Below, piece after piece: positions 11,677-23,034 of a DNA stretch of 64,000 nt. The translations under genes and the position numbers were made by a program. Every line of letters starts with the position of its first letter. Positions within the stretch are counted from its first letter, which is position 1. The notes beneath the pieces were generated by a model. That model was not told where the DNA came from. It saw nothing but the letters and a program-made list of their open reading frames with translations, and ran no database searches. This DNA is from Anolis carolinensis (lineage: Eukaryota), in the NCBI RefSeq assembly GCF_035594765.1, contig NC_085842.1, positions 130,585,036 through 130,649,035 on the forward strand, given 5' to 3'.

Positions 11677-12734
11677 CAGGGCCGGCCGGAGATATTTTTT
11701 AATGGGAAGCGGGGGTGCTGAAAAGCGCCCCCGCCACCCGCGCCCTGGCCCCGCCCAGCGTGCCCTGGCCCCGCCTCCCACGCTGCGTGGGAGGCGGGGC
11801 CAGGGCGATTAGTGAGGGGGGCGGGGCCACAGTTGGCCCCGCCCCCGCCCAGCGTGGCCATTTTGCCCTTAGTAACAAACTAAGGGCAAAAATGGCTTAT
11901 CTGGCTGTGCGCATGCGCACAGCCAGATAAGCCATTTTTGCCCTTAGTTTGTTACTAAGGGCAAAATGGCCTAGGTGTGCTGTGCGCACGCGCACAGCAC
12001 ACCTAGGCCATTCGGGCCTGACTTCCTGGTCGCGGCCGGCGACCGCCCGGGCGATCGCCGGCCGCGACCAGGAAGTCAGGCCCGAATGGGCTATCTGCGC
12101 TGTGCGCACGGGCACAGCGCAGATAGCCCATTCGGGCCTGACTTCCTGGTCGCGGCCGGCGATCGCCCGGGCGGTCGCCGGCCGCGACCAGGAAGTCAGG
12201 CCCGAATGGCCTAGGTGTGCTGTGCGCGTGCGCACAGCACACCTAGGCCATTTTGCCCTTAGTAACAAACTAAGGGCAAAAATGGCTTCTCTGGCTGTGC
12301 GCATGCGCACAGCCAGAGAAGCCATTTTTGCCCTTAGTTTGTTACTAAGGGCAAAATGGCCTAGGTGTGCTGTGCGCACGCGCACAGCACACCTAGGCCA
12401 TTCGGGCCTGACTTCCTGGTCGCGGCCGGCGACCGCCCGGGCGATCGCCGGCCGCGACCAGGAACTTCCTGTCGCGACCAGGAACTTCTCTGGCATGCGC
12501 ACAGCCAGAGAAGCCATTTTTGCCCTTAGTTTGTTACTAAGGGCAAAATGGCCTAGCTGTGCTGTGCGCACGCGCACAGCACAGCTAGGCCATTCGGGCC
12601 TGACTTCCTGGTCGCGGCCGGCGACCGCCCGGGCGATCGCCGGCCGCGACCAGGAAGTCAGGCCCGAATGGCGCCCCTAGCAGCCAGCGCCCGAGGCGGC
12701 CGCGTCCGCGGCCGCCTAGTAACAACCGGCCCTG
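11677..12734. mobile_element. Non-autonomous hAT-type element with nested palindromic interior (ALYREF intron 2)
   Basis: TIRs CAGGGCCGG...CCGGCCCTG; perfect 8-bp TSD GTGAGCAT at 11669-11676 and 12735-12742. Confidence 0.9.
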
Positions 12735-13606
12735 GTGAGCATACGGTTCTCTTAAGTAATAAAAGCCACTGTAGCCTACATCCAAACCACAATATATTCT
12801 AGTTTATCACCTAATACAACATTGGTTTTCTTTCAAAGGATAAACAGTACTGGAAAATGTGGCTCAACAAGATAAAATCTCTCTGCAAAAGAGCACTTTT
12901 TGTCTCCATATGGGTTAGCTTTAGTTTCAGACTTCCCTGCACAGAAAAAAATCCAACAGACATCCACATCTCCCAAGGATTACAAAAAGAACAATGTTGA
13001 GCAGATATATCTACTATAGTACTAAGTTTATGAAACTGCCTGTTTTGGAAATGTTCATATATGCAGTCTACACAAAACAAGACAGCCTATGAATATCAAT
13101 GAGTTTGCTAGCAATCCCAAACTATCAAAGGGGGCAACTAATAATGCTGATAATTTCATAGCTAAGCATTTCTGCTTTTCTCCAAACCCACCTCCACAAA
13201 TGAAATTTGTAACAAGAGATTATCAGGTGCCCAAAATAAAGGCACCTCCTGTCTTTGGAATGCCCTCCTGAGGGAAATCAGGCTAGCCCTCCCTCTACAA
13301 GCCTTTTGCACACAATTGAAGACGGTTTTTCAACAAGTCTTTGACCACATTTAGATTTTTTAAATGAATATACGTGAGGACCCATTGATTCACTAAGCAC
13401 TTTACCTGATAGAGATAGATTATTGTTGTTCTATACCCGCAGCTATTGCTGTTTTGGCTTTTACTGTTTTATGTTGTTTCTGCTATCTTTGTATTTTGTG
13501 CGTTTGCACCTTTGAGCGCTTTGCAAGCTGCCCAGAGTCCCTCTGGGAGATGGTGGCAGGGTATAAATAAAGTTGTTGTTGTTATTATTATTAAACAACC
13601 TTATCA

Positions 13607-13837
<231 letters not shown>

Positions 13838-13977
13838 TTAAGGCTTCGTGTCCCCATATGTTTCCCTGCGTTTTCTCCCCCACATACAGGCCCAAGTGCT
13901 ATCACGAGTTCCGCATCCACCGAGAGTCCATTTGCGCCCAAAGGCAGGCCCCCAGGAGCCGCCTCAGCGAAACTTAC

Positions 13978-14217
13978 CCGGCTGTAGGGCGCCGGCCTGT
14001 TCCTGCCGCCTCCCCGGGACAAGGCAGCTCTGTTCCGGATGGGGCCTCCGCCTCCTGCGCGCCCCGCGCCGCCGCCTCCTCGCCCGGCGCCTCCGCCGCC
14101 TCCTCCTCGCCCCGCGGCCCCTCGGCCCCGACCTCGCCCGGCGCGCCCGCCTCCGCCTCGCTGACTCCGGTTCAGCTTGATAATATCGTCCAAAGACATG
14201 TCCATTTTGTCGCCCAT
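13978..14217 (-). CDS. ALYREF: ALYREF (THO complex subunit 4) coding exon 1
   Basis: [22 protein letters not shown]...RNRPAPYSR, the N-terminal REF motif plus RGG region; CGG|GTAAGT donor at 13977; 240 nt. Confidence 0.97.
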
Positions 14218-14620
14218 GATGGCGGCTCCCTCCGGCTCCTGGGGCCTACGCTTCCGGCCGCGCTGCGCGGGGAGGGGACCGGAAACGGATGAGGCGGGGA
14301 TACTGAGGGAAGGAAGGGCGGCGAAGGAGAAAAACAGGCCGCGGTGAGGAAGGGAAAGGAAAAGGAAAAGCGCTGCGAATGGGTGGGTGAGTGGACGCGC
14401 TCGGGCTCGTGCTCGGCTCCGCTGAAAGAAATGCGCCAAGTTGTCTGTCGTGCTCGGCTTTAAGGGCTTGGGGCCGCGAGGAACTATGGGAGAGCCTTGG
14501 GGGAGGGACTTCCGGTAAGGGGGTAGGTAGGCGTAATAGGCGGGAAGGTTGGAGGAGGAGGAGGAGGCGGAGGCCGCCTCAGGGCAGCGGGCTGTTCCGC
14601 CAAGGCCCCCGTCTACACAA
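14218..14620. promoter_or_regulatory. Shared divergent CpG-island promoter of ALYREF and ANAPC11
   Basis: CpG island just upstream of the ALYREF ATG; ETS/GABP-type CTTCCGG near 14252 and 14509; candidate plus-strand donor CCG|GTAAGG at about 14515 for a non-coding ANAPC11 exon. Confidence 0.7.
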
Positions 14621-14855
14621 CGTTTCATACAGTTCGGCAGCCAGGCAACAAACGCCCATCAAATCAAAGCCCTTAATGTGCCTCAGGGCTCTCAACACCA
14701 TCTGGGCCACAAACTGGTTACAGAAACAACGCTCAGAAAAAAGGGGAATTCCAGACATGAGACAATCAGGGCCAGGCCAGCTAACACCTCCCTACAAAGG
14801 ATTCCCCTAGGAAGGAATCAATCAGGCCTTGAAGCAGCAAGGCTTTTCAGTGCTA

Positions 14856-15271
14856 CCGTGTTTCCCTGAAAATATGACAGTGTCTTATATTAATTTTTGC
14901 TCCCAAAGATGTGCTAGGTCTTATTTTCAGGGGATGCCTTAGTTTTCCATGAAGAAGAATTCACATGTATTGTTGAACAAAAGAATGAACATTTATTATA
15001 TACTGTACAGTAGTTGTCATCACAAACCAGCATAACCAGACAAACTGAATCCTATCAAGAATTTCTTGTTACTACCAATATTTCCATGTGCAACACTCTA
15101 TGGTAGGTACCTTTACCGATCCTGCATGCTCTGGTGTTCTGTTCGATGGGCATGCTTCCAAACAAAAACTTGTCTAGGTCTTACTTTCGGGGAGGCCTTA
15201 TATTTAGCAATTCAGCAAAACCTCGACTAGGTCTTATTTTCTGGGGATGTCTTATTTTAGGGGAAACGGGG
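14856..15271. mobile_element. Tc1/mariner (Tigger-like) MITE nested in a Penelope terminal repeat
   Basis: CCGTGTTTCCC...GGGGAAACGGGG termini with TA TSD; splits the Penelope sequence at tgcTA|atcaag. Confidence 0.8.
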
Positions 15272-15499
15272 TAATCAAGTTCATTAATTGCAACATTCAC
15301 ACTTTGTGTCCAACAGACAAGAGTTCTTTCTCCCACCCTGGACCTTTCATAGATATATAACTCCCCCCCCCCCTTGCCTAGTTTCCAATATACAGTATTT
15401 CATAATCTCTGAGGATGCCTGCCATAGATGTGGGTGAAACGTCAGGAAATAATGCTTCTGGAACATGGCCTTCCAGCCTGGAAAACACAGCAACCCAGT
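15272..15499 (+). mobile_element. Penelope terminal repeat (5' part at about 14712-14855)
   Basis: Family sequence ...ctgaggatgcctgccatagatgtgggtgaaacgtcagg...cagcaaccc. Confidence 0.85.
15406..15446 (+). ncRNA. Minimal hammerhead motif with intact core, sense to ANAPC11
   Basis: TCT-CTGAGGA-T-GCCTGC-CATAGAT-GTGGGT-GAAAC-GTC^AGG. Confidence 0.65.
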
Positions 15500-16809
15500 G
15501 GTTCTAGGTTTTTCTATGTGGTCATTTGCACAGCAAAACTGCTCTCTTCCATACCGCTTTGGGCTCTGTTGATGTTTGGTGGCTGTTCTTTGGTAAAGAG
15601 ATCTGAACGTGATGCACTGCCCAGGCCAAGCTGCTGGTTCCAAGGAGAGCAGAGCTATTAAATTGATGGAGCTTAGATTCGTGCCGGTTGACCACACAGC
15701 AGTCAGTGTGTGCCTAACTGTTGTAAAGGGGCCAAGCCCTGTCTGATCTTGGAAACTGCATAACGCCTGGATGGGAGAGGGCCAGCAAATATCAGATACT
15801 GTAGGCCACGCATGAACAAACAGCCTTAGGCTGGGAGTTTAAGTCCAAAACACCTGGAAGGCCAAAGTTTGCCCATGCCTGCTGTAGGCTATATTTCAAA
15901 AGAAGGAGATGGCAAAACAAGCTCTGAGGATGCATTTACACTTTGGAATTAAGGCAGTGTGACCCCACTTCAAGGGCTTTGCCTTAGTGGTATGGAATTC
16001 TGGGGTTTGTAGTTTGGGAAAATATCAGCTGTCTTGCAAAGAAGGCTAAAGACCTTGTAAAACTACAGCTCACATGTGGCCATAGCATTGAGCCATGGCA
16101 GTTAAAGTGGAGTCAAACTGCATTGATTGGACAGTAAGTGTAAAGGTTTCTTGCCTAAGAAAACCCCATGAAATGAAGAATCAATGATCAGCTTGAAGTG
16201 TTGTGTGTACTATACACAGATAGACAGTTGATACAAAGAGCCTGCTGTAGTTGAAGATGACCATAATTTTAAACCACTATTATAACTTCATCACACTGAG
16301 CATCTATCCACTTTAAATCCAGTTTCTGCTTCCTGCATAATTCTGGGATTTGTAGTTTAGGAGGAGCTTTAAACAGCTCAGCCAGAGAGGTCCTGGGCCT
16401 CACTAAACGACAAACCTCGGAATTCTTCTGCGAGGAGCAACTGGATTTAAAGTGGATAGATGCAGTAGTGAGATAAAGTAGCAGCTGCCTAGGTTTTTCT
16501 TCTTGCTAGTCTTTTAAAAGAAGACAGGAAGTTATGGGGAGCTGGCAATCGAAGATGCAGTGTTTAAAATATTAATCTGATAATATGTAATTGCCCACAT
16601 GAGAGAGTGCTTTATTTTTAATATGCACTTTAAATAATTATATACTGCTTTAACATGATTATTTTAATTGTTTCAATGTTTTATTCTTGGGTTTTTATTA
16701 ATTTATTTTGTAAGAAAGGCAGCATATAAATTAAATAAGACTCAGTTAAGGATGTCCTGCAAAATGTGGATATCTTTTGCTTCTCTTCCTTCCTAATTAT
16801 CCCGCAGAC

Positions 16810-16944
16810 CAATGGTTTTCAACCTGTGGGTCCCCAGGTGTTTTGGCCTACAACTCCCAGAAATCCCAGCCAGTTTACCAACTGTTAGGATTTCTGGGAG
16901 TTGAAGGCCAAAACATCTGGGGACCTACAGGTTGAGAACCACTG
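16810..16944. mobile_element. Palindromic hAT-like MITE (related copy at about 5293-5433)
   Basis: CAATGGTTTTCAACC...GGTTGAGAACCACTG near-perfect inverted arms. Confidence 0.75.
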
Positions 16945-18275
16945 CCTTAGGGCAAAGAGATGTTTATCCACATAATGTGTGAATAGCCATAGAAATGCAA
17001 AACAAGTACAGGACAGTCCAAGAACTCCCTCCACCATTCATATGCTTATCCTCTTATCTTGCCTTTAGGCAACATCATCTCGACTTCCTTTGTTCCTCAG
17101 TGAGCATCATTAACACTGAACTAATCATTTCATCACTATGCCCACAAATTTGCATTTCTGTGGCTACTCTGACAAAATGGACTTGATGTTATCAAATATG
17201 TCTCTAAGGTACTGTAAGATCCCTTTGCATAGTGGTATTCCAGACTAATGCAGTGATGCCTTTGAATTCTACCCGCATGGGATAGACTTAATTATGATTC
17301 CTACCTGACTACTTCAAATTTTGTTGAGTTCAATGGAGCTTGCTTCTTGCAGTGTAATAATATTTTCAAATGATTAGCTATTATTGTTTTATCTCATTAG
17401 CAACACTGAGATAATTTTTGCATGAATTAGTGTAGTAGTCCTCCATTTCATTTTAGGATTATTATACTGGGGCTTTCCCATAATACCAAGCAGAGTATCA
17501 TTTTATCTTTCTCTAACTTGTGTGTGTGTTAAGTTTTATATCCAGACTCAAGAAAAGCAACTAGGAATTCAAAAGTATGCTCCCTTAGCTGCTACAAGTA
17601 AAGAAATAACTTTTTCTTTTGGACCAAGGTAACTGATGCAACCTTTGACTAGTTGCAATTTTTGGCTTGTGGTTGATTTGTATGGTCTGTTATAAACCAA
17701 TCTTTCAGGTAGCAGAGGCAGAGGGGGCATGAGAGCAAATGCCATCCACTTCAGGAGCTAAAACTACCATTCTAGCTCCCAAATGGTTGAGGAGCCACAA
17801 GGCAGATTTCTCTCCCAAGAGGGATGGCTTTCTCCAGTGTTCCCAGCTTTGCAGTGTCTAACGCCACTGTTTTTCTGCAATGTTTCTGTTTAATTATGCT
17901 GGGCATTAGGACCTTGGCATTCAACTGCTGTATAGTGATAATATAAAAACAATCTATTCATAGGTAAAACTAATATATATTAAGACCTCTGCTCCCATCC
18001 TGTCCTAACCTGGAATTTGATTGTAGGTATGAGTCTGGACATGAGTTTGGACTGTATATACACTGTAAGGTGAATATTAATATCATTTATAATGCCATCT
18101 GTTGCTATCATGGTGAAAAGATTAAATAGTTTTAAAAATTACATTCCTCTTCCAATCTTGATAAGAACAGAGACTGTCACACTTTGATTTCTAGAAACTG
18201 TGATTCCCATTGTTCCTTTTTCTCCCTTCAGGTGCTAAACTAGCTTGATCTAAGTGTTGTGTTTAGTTGAACAAA

Positions 18276-18384
18276 ATGAAAGTGAAAATCAAGAGCTGGC
18301 ATGGAGTTGCCTCCTGGCTCTGGGTTGCCAATGATGAGAATTGTGGCATTTGCCGGATGGCCTTCAATGGCTGCTGCCCAGATT
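18276..18384 (+). CDS. ANAPC11: ANAPC11 (APC/C RING-H2 subunit) coding exon 1
   Basis: MKVKIKSWHGVASWLWVANDENCGICRMAFNGCCPD; donor T|GTGAGT; upstream acceptor tctcccttcag ending 18231. Confidence 0.97.
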
Positions 18385-18478
18385 GTGAGTAATGGGACTG
18401 TCTGCCCTCTGACATTCTTCTTGATCAATGTACAATGCCTTTTTCAGCTTTTCCCTAGTAACTGTGTGTGTTTTGCAG

Positions 18479-18624
18479 GTAAGGTGCCTGGAGATGACTG
18501 CCCGCTGGTGTGGGGTCAGTGTTCACACTGCTTCCACATGCATTGCATTCTCAAGTGGCTTAACTCCCAGCAAGTCCAGCAGCACTGTCCAATGTGCCGA
18601 CAGGAGTGGAAGTTCAAGGAATAA
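18479..18624 (+). CDS. ANAPC11: ANAPC11 coding exon 2
   Basis: CKVPGDDCPLVWGQCSHCFHMHCILKWLNSQQVQQHCPMCRQEWKFKE-stop; total CDS 255 nt = 84 aa; 94-nt intron. Confidence 0.97.
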
Positions 18625-20209
18625 TGAGGTCAAGATTTCTCCCTTTTTACGGATTTCATATCCTCTTCTTGTAGCTTCATGGAGAGTCATCCTTCCTACC
18701 TCTTCCTCAAGCCTGGACATTTTACTTGCTCTTATTGTATTGTATTGTATTGTATTGTATATCGTAAGCCTTCCCATAAACTGAATCAAAAGAAGTGCAG
18801 GAACTGTATGCTATTTGTGAGAAGGTCAGAATACTGAACAAGAAAATATAATGATAGTTTATTTTGATATATGCTAGATATTATCTAGACCCCTCTTGTA
18901 AGATTTGAGAGCTTGTGTCTTGGTGAATCGTCTGAAACTCTAGTTTCTAGGAGCTGTGTCTCAGCTGCATGAATGTTTAAAAGAAAATAGTTTCAAAACA
19001 TTCTTCCTATTAAACATATTCCCTTGTTAGATTTTGAAATATGGAGCATCTAAACTTCCTTTCCATTGCTATGTTTTGTGTTTCATGTATTGCTGCAACC
19101 TTACTGCCAGTCTGATTTCCTGGCTCTGTAGCACAGCCTGCACTTGACCATTTAAACCACAATTCTGTTTATATTTGAGCCAGTCCAAAATTACCAGGAT
19201 GCAGACTTCACAAAATCCCATAATTGTGCATGGACCTAAGACAAAAATTGTGCTAGAGATTACAGGGAGGAACTAGGATTTGTGCCCGCGTCTTGCTGCA
19301 TAGTTGGCCTGTAGTCCAATAATATGTTTGTTCCCAGAAGGCTGTAATGCCAAGCACTTTTGTTGCCAAAAGCTTGCCCACAGTCTTAGTGAGGCCACTT
19401 GTACTGTGGGTGATTCCAATAAATGTTGTGATTCATTGCCTCCAATGCTCCCTGCCTTTTTCCATATGAGATGGGATTCTTCAAAGATGTTCTCAGTAAG
19501 TAGTGCAATTTTTTATCTATTGCCAGTATTCTACTATCATTGTGAGATTGTAGTATGTGACTTGTGGGAAAGGATGAAATGTTCTTGGTTACTTTTTAAA
19601 ATGATACCTATAATTATTTGTAATAGGAAAAGGTTCCTAGTTTAGCTATTTAGCCATACAGCCTACAGACCAGCTGTTTTTGATGCTTCATCCTGGCTGT
19701 TGGGTGCCCAGTACTTTTGGTATGTATGCCACCCCCGCCTGCAATGTGTAATAGATGGCCCCTTGTGCACCCAAATGAGAAGGTGGTGTTAATAAATTAT
19801 TCCAATTGGTGACCTTTATAATACAGTGAAGGTTACCGCTCGCTAAATTGCAAGTTTAGCCACAAAGAGGAGGGCTGGGGGATTATTTTGCAGGCATAAA
19901 AAAGAAAACCTTCAGAGGGTCCTTAAAGTACTCCCAAGCCTTGAGAGATGTGCTCTTTCACAGAAAAGCACAATGTGAGATTTATTAGCTTAATATAACC
20001 ATTGACTTTGACTTGAAGTATACTGTGCTTCCATGTTCTCCAGACCTCTAATCGCTAAGAAATAATTTTCATTAAAACTGAAAAAACATTCTCCCTATGT
20101 ACAGAAATCTTCCTTTTTAATCTAGAAAACATGCTTTTATGTGTTTTAGTATCTGTTCCTCTCTTGTACCTGTCTTCTGACAATCAGGAAAGTGAACAAC
20201 AAAACATAA

Positions 20210-20535
20210 AAGGTAAAGGTTTTCCCCTGACGTTAAGTCTAGTCGTGACTGACTCTGGGGGTTGGTGCTCATCTCAATTTCTAAGCCGAAGAGCCAACGT
20301 TGTCCATAAACATCTCCAGGTCATGTGGCCGGCATGACTGCATGGAACGCCGTTACCTTCCCGCTGAAGCGGTACCTATTGATATACTCACATTTGTATG
20401 TTTTTGAACTGCTAGGTTGTCAGGAGCTGGGGCTAACAGCGGGCGCTCATTCCGCTCCCGGGATTTGAACCTGGCACCTTTTGGTCCACAAGTTCAGCAG
20501 CTCAGCGCTTTAACGCACTGTGCCACCAGGGGCCC
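20210..20535 (-). mobile_element. Sauria-type SINE
   Basis: tRNA-like head and (ACCTTT)n tail on the minus strand; same family as 34966-35282. Confidence 0.85.
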
Positions 20536-21444
20536 CAATAATATACAAAAACACATAAGGACCATCAGCAATAACATCTTTGGAAAATGGGTGTTCTAGT
20601 CCACTCTGTAACTGAGTAAACTTAGTGCTGATGTATGGAACAATTGCACTATGGTTGATAGGAGATGATGCAGGAATATGGTATAGCGGGTGCTTTCCAT
20701 TAAATTATTTAGCCTCAGGGGAATGTTTAATTCATTTCTTAGTACATTCATTTTGAAAAATGATCTAGCATCTTTGCAGAACTGTTGAAATTTCTCACTC
20801 AGTTTCAAGATGTTTCCAAAAGTAAGAGCTACAGAATATAGGTTTTCAAAATATGTTTTCAATCTGCTTCCTGCCTTACAAGGGTCCAGCAGTACCCAAA
20901 TGGTACTGGAAGCATAGAAGTGATGTTAGAAACAACCCCATTCCTGAGTAATACTGAGCCCTAGGAAGCAATCAATGCAAAAAGAGATTGCAATTTTCGC
21001 TCATATAGTACACCCCAGCCCACTAGCAGGATGCTATGGTAGCACAGTAGACATGACCTGGCAGATTTCTGCCACTTCCTAAGTCCGTATGTATAATGAC
21101 CCAGGTATTGTCCCAATGTGAAAAGGTTGCTACATGTCCCACTCGGCTTCCCACGACAGTTACATAAATTTACTGACTAAGGAACATGACCTACATTTTG
21201 GTAAACCTATGACTACAAAGTATTTTTGTGTAATTTGAGAACTAGTTTCTAGCATTTTAAAGACCATTTGATCTAATAAGGAGGTTTCATATTTGCTCTT
21301 TTTGATTTGGCAGTACTAGCAAGCACTCAAGCTTTATACGTGATTCATGCTGTCATTCCAAGCTAGAGACCAGTGTAGGAAGGCCTGGCATGTGTTAGTG
21401 TCTCATTTGAGGCCACAGTATCAAATAAGGTACCTTGCTTCATC

Positions 21445-21549
21445 AAGCTTGCTCCCTCCTCCCTATGACTTCCCCTCACATATTTATACATGGCTATCAT
21501 GTCCCCTCTCTGCCTTTTCTTCTGCAAGCTAAACATACCCAGCTCTTTT
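21445..21549 (-). mobile_element. CR1 ORF2 fragment fused to Penelope
   Basis: [35 protein letters not shown], nearly identical to the CR1 at about 45225-45330. Confidence 0.85.
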
Positions 21550-21551
21550 CT

Positions 21552-22390
21552 AGTTTGTAGGTTGTGTTTTTTCATCAGCTTCCCTATGCGGTCAGTGGTT
21601 CCCTTAATGTATGGTAAGAACACCTTTCCTCTGGGTGGATCTTTGTCTTGACTCTCATGGCTTGTTCTTGGCCTTGCAGCTCTTCTGATGTCTGTGGTGG
21701 AGTATCCATTGGCCTGTAGAGCCCAGTTTAGGTGGTTTAGTTCACCTTGGAGGAGGTGAGGTTCGCAGATTTTTTGTACACGGTCTGTCAGGGCTTTGAT
21801 TGTGCTTCTTTTTGACTTGGGTGATGGTTGGAGTTTTTCTGAAGGCATTTATCCATGCGTGTAGGTTTTCTGTAAACTGTGTGGCCCAATTGTTGATTGG
21901 GTTTGTGGATGACTAGAACATCTAGAAATGGCAGTTTTCCTTCATTTTCTTTTTCCATGGTGAATTGGATGTTTGGGTGGATGCTGTTGAGGTAGTCCAG
22001 GAACCTGTTGAATTCTTCTTGTCCATGGCTCCAAATGACTTAAACAGAGGAATTCCAGACATGAATCAATTAGGTGCAGCTAACACCTCCAAACAAAAGA
22101 TTCCCCCAGGCAGGAATGAAGCTTGCAAGGCCATTAATGCTAATCAAGGTGATTAATTACAACATTCACACTGGTCTCCAATAGACAAGAGTTCTTTCTC
22201 CCACCCTGGGCCTTCCACAGATATATAAACCTCCCTTGTTTAGTTTTCCAATATATCTCACAACCTCAGAGGATCCCTGCCATAGATGTGGGTGAAACGT
22301 CAGGAGGGAATGCTTCTGGAACATGGCCATACTGCCCGGAAAATGCACAGCAACCCAGTCACTTTGCTCATGAAAGCCTTTGACAACACA
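21552..22390. mobile_element. Penelope-like retroelement fragment: RT C-terminal ORF piece (minus) plus inverted terminal repeat (plus)
   Basis: HPSQKRSTIKALTDRVQKICEPHLLQGELNHLNWALQANGY...KVFLPYIKGTTDRIGKLMKKHNLQT is the typical Penelope region between RT and GIY-YIG. Confidence 0.88.
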
Positions 22391-23034
22391 ATGTACATTT
22401 AGATTATACTAAAAAGTGTTCACTTATTAGAAAGTTTTGCATCACACCATATCCTTGGGTATTGAATAATATTATATTTAAATCAGACATTTCCCATCCA
22501 CAGATGCATGCCTGCACAAACAAACAACACCACAAGGGGACAGCAAGAAACTCTAGGTGCTATTTAATGAGTATCGTGCATTCTACCATAGGTGTATAGA
22601 AATTCATTGTTTGCCAGCGGGTGCCTTCAAATTGTCTCTGATTTATGAGAAACCTATCCTGGGTTTTCTTGGTAACATTTCCTCAGAGGAAATTTATCAT
22701 TGCCTTCCTCTAAACCGCAGAAAATGTGGATTATCTGATTTGATAATCTGGATGAAATGGCTTTAGAAAGACAGAGCAGCACAACTTTTGTTTGTTAAAT
22801 TAAGAAAGAGTGCAGTTTCAGCCTTGGACCATGACTGTGGAGACCAGAATTGAATCCCTGCTCTGCCACAAAACCTACTGGGCTGACTTTGGGTTGGTCA
22901 CGGACTTTCAGCTTCACAGGAGGGTAAGGACAAGTCTCTGAACAAATTTTGCCGAGAAAACCCAGTGAGATCTTCAATGTAGGGCTGCCATTGGTTGAGA
23001 ACAACCTGAAGGCAGGCAACCAGTATCAGAAAAT

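Noticed and set aside
11856-12670. Resemblance to parvovirus/AAV inverted terminal repeats or a CRISPR array
   Set aside because: No GAGC-repeat Rep-binding element, no rep/cap ORF and no unique spacers; TIRs plus an 8-bp TSD point to a hAT element.
11897-12680. Long mirror-image ORFs (226 and 243 aa) on both strands
   Set aside because: By-product of GC-rich palindromic repeats inside an intronic transposon; repetitive peptide with no recognisable domain.
15735-15810. 5S rRNA-like sequence (also about 34320-34395)
   Set aside because: Too degenerate and followed by a SINE-like body; best read as 5S-derived SINE heads, not rRNA genes.
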